From NCBI GenBank assembly GCA_958296135.2, contig CATQHZ020000001.1, forward strand, positions 1,664,001 through 1,728,000: a stretch of DNA of 64,000 nt, written 5' to 3'. The first letter of the stretch is position 1. Every line of letters begins with the position of its first letter. The notes below the pieces were generated by a model. The model worked only from the letters and a program-made list of their open reading frames with translations. It did not search any database and was not told the origin of the DNA. Position numbers and translations under genes: made by a program. Below, one piece after another: positions 58,569 to 64,000 of this stretch. This DNA comes from an uncultured Poribacteria bacterium (GTDB lineage Bacteria > Poribacteria > WGA-4E > WGA-3G).

Positions 58569-58640
58569 TGAAGTTTAAAAAAGGAACGGCTCATTTTTTT
58601 CGCGGGATCCGGGCGGATATGAACGACATCCGCCCTTACA
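58569..58640 (+). repeat. 72-bp direct repeat, left of ATPase gene
   Basis: Near-identical to 60439-60510; weaker relatives near 53455 and 56075. Confidence 0.85.
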
Positions 58641-58772
58641 AGCAAGAGCGAGGATTGCACGGTTTCCGCTGCGGGCCGCTTGGGAAAATTGTCCGAGTTA
58701 AGACTGAATCTTCAGGCGAGCCCGAACTACAGACGGGGAAAACTCAATCGTTCTGATAGTTCAGTAAATTGC

Positions 58773-58801
58773 TTGACCTTCACTGGAAAGTATGATAAAA
58801 T
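58773..58801 (+). promoter_or_regulatory. sigma70-type promoter
   Basis: TTGACC-17-TAAAAT with TG extension. Confidence 0.65.
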
Positions 58802-58848
58802 AGAGACACGTAGATTTCCACACGCAGCAAAACAGTAGAGGCTAGAAA

Positions 58849-60441
58849 ATGCGATATTTCCAAACAGCGGGCATCGTATACCCGGAAGAGAACTACATCG
58901 TCGCGCGCACAGCGGAGGTTACCGATTTCATCCAACGGGTGAAGAGAGGAAAATACATTGTTCTTTTTGCCCCACGCCAAACCGGGAAGACGACGTTCTT
59001 CCAAACCGCTCTGAATGAACTCGCATCCACAGCGCCGGACTATTTCTCCGTTTCACTGAATTTTGAGGCGTATGAGAAAGCCACACCGCTGGATTTTTAC
59101 CGTTACCTTTCCAACGATATTCGCGCGGAGATAGAGAAAGTTTTCCAGAGTCGCGGGCAGGTGCTACCCGACCTCTTTGCGCACTTTTTGGCGAACACGA
59201 CATTAACCGATGCCTTTTCAATGAAAGAGTTCTTTGGAGAATTGTCAAGGTTTCTGCCGAATCAGCGGGTTGTCGTTGTCATTGACGAATTTGATGGCAT
59301 TCCACGAGAGGTAGTCAGTGATTTTCTGCATACCCTCCGCCGCATCTATCTCTCTGATAGAAATCGGTGTCCCTACAGCGTCTCCATCGTCGGCGTGAAG
59401 AACATCACGCAACTCAACTACAATGCGTCCATCTCGCCCTTTAATATCCAAGATGAGCTCAAGTTGTTGAACTTCACTCTTGAACAGGTGCAGGAACTCC
59501 TTGGGCAGTATACCGAGGAAGTCGGACAGGCCTTCGCGCCAGAAGTCGTTGAACGCCTTCACCGGCAGACAGGTGGGCATCCGGTGCTCGTCAACTATCT
59601 CGCGCGGATTCTCACGGAGAAGATGGACATTCCAAAAACCGAGATAATCGGCATGGCGCACTTTTTCACTGCGCACCAGCAACTTCTTGAAGAAGGGAAT
59701 GTCAACCTGACACACCTCGCCACGAATGTTCGTCGAGAGCCACGTTTCCAACGCGTCCTCATGCAAATTACATCATCCGATAGAGGGAGAGCGTTCAATT
59801 TGTATGATGAAGTCGTCAGCGAACTCGCCACCTACGGTGTCATCAAGAGAGGAGCCGACCGGATGTGCGAGATTGCAAACCCTATTTACCTCTACTGCAT
59901 CCTGCAAACCTTCAAACCAGCGGTTAACGGATTGGAGGACGAATACTACCCGCAAGACACTGACAACGGTGTTGACGATTACCTCTCGGACGCGGGCGAA
60001 ATTGACATGACACGGCTCCTGGATAATTTCCGCGATTTCATCGCACGCGCAGGCTTCCGCATCCTACAGGTGCCACAGACACCGAAAGAATACGTCGGAC
60101 AGCACCTCCTGCTGGCCTATCTAGACCTGTTTGTCCGCCAGGTCCACGGCGTGATGCATCTTGAAGTGCAAACCGGGCGCGGACGGATAGATCTGATGGT
60201 GAATCACCGCGGGCGGAAGCACATCGTTGAAACAAAAACGTGGCAAGGCGAGAAATCCTACCGAGCCGGCAAGACGCAACTCGCCGCCTATCTCAAGTTA
60301 GAGGGTGTCGCTGTGGGATATTACGTAGTGTTTGACTACCGCAAAAACCCCGAATCGCGTGCTGAGACAGAGACGGTGGCCGGGAATCTGACGATTCGGA
60401 GTTACGTCATCCCCGTAGTGCAAGAAATGCCTTCAGAATGA
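58849..60441 (+). CDS. AAA-like ATPase fused to C-terminal PD-(D/E)XK nuclease-like domain
   Basis: Walker A APRQTGKTT, Walker B VVIDEFD, TGGHP; EVQTGRGRIDL..IVETK..QLAAYL. Confidence 0.82.
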   Translation: MRYFQTAGIVYPEENYIVARTAEVTDFIQRVKRGKYIVLFAPRQTGKTTFFQTALNELASTAPDYFSVSLNFEAYEKATPLDFYRYLSNDIRAEIEKVFQSRGQVLPDLFAHFLANTTLTDAFSMKEFFGELSRFLPNQRVVVVIDEFDGIPREVVSDFLHTLRRIYLSDRNRCPYSVSIVGVKNITQLNYNASISPFNIQDELKLLNFTLEQVQELLGQYTEEVGQAFAPEVVERLHRQTGGHPVLVNYLARILTEKMDIPKTEIIGMAHFFTAHQQLLEEGNVNLTHLATNVRREPRFQRVLMQITSSDRGRAFNLYDEVVSELATYGVIKRGADRMCEIANPIYLYCILQTFKPAVNGLEDEYYPQDTDNGVDDYLSDAGEIDMTRLLDNFRDFIARAGFRILQVPQTPKEYVGQHLLLAYLDLFVRQVHGVMHLEVQTGRGRIDLMVNHRGRKHIVETKTWQGEKSYRAGKTQLAAYLKLEGVAVGYYVVFDYRKNPESRAETETVAGNLTIRSYVIPVVQEMPSE

Positions 60442-60510
60442 TGTTTAAAAAAAGAAACGGCTCATTTTTTCGCGGGCTACGGGCGGATATGAACGACATC
60501 CGCCCTTACA
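60439..60510 (+). repeat. 72-bp direct repeat, right of ATPase gene
   Basis: Matches 58569-58640; its first TGA is the ATPase stop codon. Confidence 0.85.
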
Positions 60511-60534
60511 GACAGGCGCGAGGACCGCTCTGAA

Positions 60535-62763
60535 TCAAAATTCCGCCGAAACGCCTAAATACGGAATGAGCGGGAACTGATTGAGCGGCTCCTTTGTCTT
60601 GTAATCCGCACTGTAGTTGTATTGCAACAAATTCGCGCGGTTGTAGGCATTGAGGAGCTCCAAGAAGACACCCAGCTGCCACCCGCTAAATTTAAAGGTT
60701 TTACTGACGCGCAGATCCAACCGATGATAAGGCGGCAGCCGGTCTGAATTCGTCTCAGCATAAGTCGGAATCCAGATGGCTTTTCCGTTTCTCGGGTCAA
60801 TCCCAGAGGTGGCCCCAGTAATAGGCGTGTAAGGGTTTCCGGTCCGGTATTGCCATTTCGCGCCAATCTCCCACGTCGGCGAAAGGTTATAACTCGCGAC
60901 GAAAGTGGCGACGTGCGCCTGGTCAAACGAATAAAGACGATAGGGTTCTTCGGGCCGGTCGCGGCGCATCGAGAGCGCGTAGGCATAAGATACCCAGCCG
61001 AAAAACCGTTCGCCGATACGGTGCCGCAGGAAAATCTCAGCACCTTGCGCATAGCCGAGCCCTTGATTCAGATGACTACCCTCTCCATCGGAAGTTACGA
61101 GGCCGTTGAGGTCTTTATAGTAGCCAGCCATCTTAATCTCCGTATCGGACGACAGTTCCTGCGTTAATTCCACGATGTAGTGACTCGCCTCACTCGCGTT
61201 CAACTCCGGGTTTCCAATCGAAGAAGAGAGCAGCCAGGGCTGCGGGCTCTGGTTGTAAACGCCATAGGAGAATTGGAGCTCTGAACGATTTGGCAGTTCT
61301 ACCAGAATGCTGCCGCGCGGCTGGATGGAGAGTTCATCAATGCGATTGAAATAATCAAACCGCATCCCGAAAACAACGGATAACATCGGCATCAATGCGA
61401 ACCGATCTTGCAGGTATCCTTCAACCCGCTGTCCTCGGACGTACTCATCCACCTTCTGCCGTTCCTCAAAGCGGATGTCGTAATCATCTTCGCCTTCATC
61501 GGGTATGCGGCTGAAAGTGCCGGTGACTTTGCCGGGCTGCAAGGCGAGGACCAGGCCGGATTCCAGTTGATGCTCGGGTGTCACGTTGAATGTGAGATCT
61601 TCGCGGAGAACGTAACTCGGCGCGTCGAGGTTGAGTGAAAACGCATCCCCGACATCAAAGTTGAACAACAAATCCGAACGGGTTAAGGATAAAAAAGAGG
61701 TTAACCGGTCTGACAGAAGGGAGCGGAGGTGGATGCCCGCGCCGTTGAAACCGCTTTGAAACTGTGCGTCGCCCCGGAATTCTTCGTCCACGTCTTCGCC
61801 CTCCTGTCTGAACGCAAACCGGTCGCCGGATGCGAAGAGGTTCACCGACAATTGATGTTTGTCCCCCAAGTCATAGCCGCCTTTGAGTTGGTAATCCCAG
61901 AAGCGCGGAAATGCCGTAATCGCGCCGGTATCAAACGACAACGAATCAACAAACAGGTCAATGTAGCTGCGTCGTCCGGCGGCGTACCAGTATCCGTTGT
62001 CTCCGATATCGCCTTGAAGCACGCCTTCCGAGTAAAGCAGATTCAGGTTGAATTTTCCGTGCAGGCCGCCGCGGCTACTATCCTGCGAATAGATGTCAAT
62101 GACTGCCTGCGAGTCTATCCCAAATTCTGCGCCGTAGCCGCCGGCGTAGACATCAATCCGGTCGATAATCTCGGAGCTCACGGAGGAAACAAGCCCGCCG
62201 AAATGGTAGGGGTATCCAAACGGCACCCGGTCAAAATAGTAGAGATTGTCCTCGTCGGAGCCGCCCCGGATATAGAGCGCGCCGCTAAAATCGTTTGCTA
62301 CGCCGATGCCGGGGAGCGCGGGCAAGGCACGCAGCACATCACCGCCTGTGCCGGGCAAACGAGTCAGCTCCTTGGAACCGAGGCTCTTTTTGCTCACGGT
62401 TTTCGCATCCCGTTTATCCGTTACCTCTACTCCCTCCAATTGATACGTCTCCATATCGACGTTAATCTCAGGTTTCACCGTCTCCCCTGCGATGACAGTG
62501 ACAGTGGTTCGCATCGTCATTTGGGACTCCGGCACCGAGACAGCTAAGGTATAGGTGCCCTCGGGGATATCTGTGAAGACAAACCGCCCATTTTCATCAG
62601 TGGTTTGACGTTGGGCTGTCTGGATGAGGCGGACCTCCGCGTCAGCCAAAGGCGCACCGGTGTCTTGGCGAGAGACGGTGCCTTCAATTTGTCCGGTTTG
62701 TGCAAGGGAGGCTAATGGAAACCACAACACCACCAACACACCGTAAAAAAACTGCTTCGTCAT
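60535..62763 (-). CDS. TonB-dependent receptor with carboxypeptidase-regulatory-like N-domain
   Basis: TTDENGRFVFTDIPEGTY, YIRGG, YHRLDLR, terminal F. Confidence 0.92.
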   Translation of the reverse strand: MTKQFFYGVLVVLWFPLASLAQTGQIEGTVSRQDTGAPLADAEVRLIQTAQRQTTDENGRFVFTDIPEGTYTLAVSVPESQMTMRTTVTVIAGETVKPEINVDMETYQLEGVEVTDKRDAKTVSKKSLGSKELTRLPGTGGDVLRALPALPGIGVANDFSGALYIRGGSDEDNLYYFDRVPFGYPYHFGGLVSSVSSEIIDRIDVYAGGYGAEFGIDSQAVIDIYSQDSSRGGLHGKFNLNLLYSEGVLQGDIGDNGYWYAAGRRSYIDLFVDSLSFDTGAITAFPRFWDYQLKGGYDLGDKHQLSVNLFASGDRFAFRQEGEDVDEEFRGDAQFQSGFNGAGIHLRSLLSDRLTSFLSLTRSDLLFNFDVGDAFSLNLDAPSYVLREDLTFNVTPEHQLESGLVLALQPGKVTGTFSRIPDEGEDDYDIRFEERQKVDEYVRGQRVEGYLQDRFALMPMLSVVFGMRFDYFNRIDELSIQPRGSILVELPNRSELQFSYGVYNQSPQPWLLSSSIGNPELNASEASHYIVELTQELSSDTEIKMAGYYKDLNGLVTSDGEGSHLNQGLGYAQGAEIFLRHRIGERFFGWVSYAYALSMRRDRPEEPYRLYSFDQAHVATFVASYNLSPTWEIGAKWQYRTGNPYTPITGATSGIDPRNGKAIWIPTYAETNSDRLPPYHRLDLRVSKTFKFSGWQLGVFLELLNAYNRANLLQYNYSADYKTKEPLNQFPLIPYLGVSAEF

Positions 62764-62946
62764 TCAGGTAAATTTCTCCTCATTGCGCGAAAAATTAGAT
62801 ACGTGAGGACTGACGTAAAAATCGACAGAGTCCGGTAGGCACGGTTTCACCCCGCGCGCTTCATACTTACGGATACATCCAGCGTCAGTCCTCTACATTT
62901 CAATTGTACCATTTCCTTCATCCGAATTGCCAAGAATTGGCAAAAA

Positions 62947-63999
62947 CTAAAATTTATAGATGATGCCGGTAGAAACAAGAAAAGGGAACTGCGGTATTTC
63001 TGTTAAGACATCCAACTCTTCAGCGTCAAAGTCTTCGTCAACTGAAATCGATTCCAGAATCTCATCGGAGAAAGTGAGTTTCATCACATTTCTGCGGTTG
63101 TAGACATTCAACACTTCCACAGATCCGGTGAGCGGGAGGCCCCACAATTCCCTTTTGGCAGTCATCCGCAGATCTAGTCGATGATAAATGGGTAGATTTG
63201 TCAGGAAGGAAGAGCCAATCTCCCCAGAGAAAAGCGGGTGCATGCCTCGTGTCCCCGGGTCTTGAATGAGAATCAATTCGCTCAGTGGGACGGAGGCGGT
63301 GCCGCTTGAAAATTGCCACTTCGCGCCAACCTCAACCCTCGGCGTGAGGCTGTAATTGCCGACAATGCTGACGATATGGGTGTTATCAAAGAGATAGGGT
63401 TGATAGTCGGCATTCGGATGCGCGCGTCGCTCGGCATGCGTCCACGCATAAGAGAACCAGCCGAAGAACTTCTCGCTGACCCGGTGCCGCACGAAGACCT
63501 CGGCACCGCTAATAAACCCATCTCCCCGATTGAGATAGCCTTCGGTTTCATCACGGGTTACCATATCCGCCAATGTTTTGTAATACCCCGCCAACTTGAA
63601 CTCTGTCTGCGGCGACAGCGCGTGCTCTAATTCGGCGATATAGTGGTGCGCGATACTAGACTTCAGAGAAGGATTTCCCGTTTCAGCAAACAACTGAAAC
63701 GGTTTTGGACTCTGCTCATAGCGGCCGTAAGCCAACCGAAGATCGGAACCGTTCGGCAGCGTGAACACCACACCTGCCCGCGGCTGAACGGAAAGTTCCT
63801 CTGTCAGATTGAGATAATCCAGCCGCACGCCCGCGGCTGCTGACAGAAAGGATACAGGTTCATAGCGGGCTTGTAGGTAACCTTCAGTTCGGCGGACCTG
63901 GAGGTTGAAGTCGTCGCGTGTTTCTCGCCATTCTATCTCGATATCCTCCCCGGCCTCAGAAGGTATGGCGGGAACGCTTGACACTTCAAAACTTTTCGG
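62947..63999 (-). CDS. TonB-dependent receptor (C-terminal part, truncated by window)
   Basis: Paralogous to the neighbour: FFGWFSY, GAKWQ, YHRLDLR, LNVYNR, terminal F. Confidence 0.88.
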   Translation of the reverse strand, partial: PKSFEVSSVPAIPSEAGEDIEIEWRETRDDFNLQVRRTEGYLQARYEPVSFLSAAAGVRLDYLNLTEELSVQPRAGVVFTLPNGSDLRLAYGRYEQSPKPFQLFAETGNPSLKSSIAHHYIAELEHALSPQTEFKLAGYYKTLADMVTRDETEGYLNRGDGFISGAEVFVRHRVSEKFFGWFSYAWTHAERRAHPNADYQPYLFDNTHIVSIVGNYSLTPRVEVGAKWQFSSGTASVPLSELILIQDPGTRGMHPLFSGEIGSSFLTNLPIYHRLDLRMTAKRELWGLPLTGSVEVLNVYNRRNVMKLTFSDEILESISVDEDFDAEELDVLTEIPQFPFLVSTGIIYKF

Positions 64000-64000
64000 C

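Noticed and set aside
1-64000. Autonomous IS, integrase, RAYT, reverse transcriptase or prophage
   Set aside because: No ORF with the corresponding catalytic motifs seen; any mobilising enzyme must be outside the window

Overview
64-kb bacterial chromosome segment of moderately high GC. The gene content resembles a Candidatus Poribacteria-type sponge symbiont (inference, not checked): PhyH dioxygenase, CRTAC1/ASPIC, TPR-TolB, NHL, a lamin-tail-domain giant with a 'VSA..LTTFGEVK' tail, and near-consensus sigma70 promoters. It carries housekeeping clusters (rph-rdgB, efp-accB-accC, purF-purM, comEC), an RsbW/V/U-like partner-switch module next to DUF58/VWA genes, a DUF1800-DUF1501-NHL trio, a MacAB-like exporter and a TonB/TonB-dependent-receptor uptake locus. 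I saw no rRNA, tRNA, CRISPR, transposase or reverse transcriptase. The main signal lies in non-coding repeats. Several families of GTAG/GTAA-headed REP-like palindromes fill the intergenic space, form BIME-like tandem arrays, supply stop codons, and sit in-frame inside at least 5-6 proteins (RdgB twice). A second, hairpin-rich element is inserted at the same position in the loop of those REPs five times. The 1369-aa secreted protein has a ~620-nt structured leader containing an RBS-led uORF. A C8 tract in that uORF would, with one extra C, fuse it to a second leader ORF, a candidate phase-variable attenuator. Functional calls come from motif recognition by eye; no searches were run.
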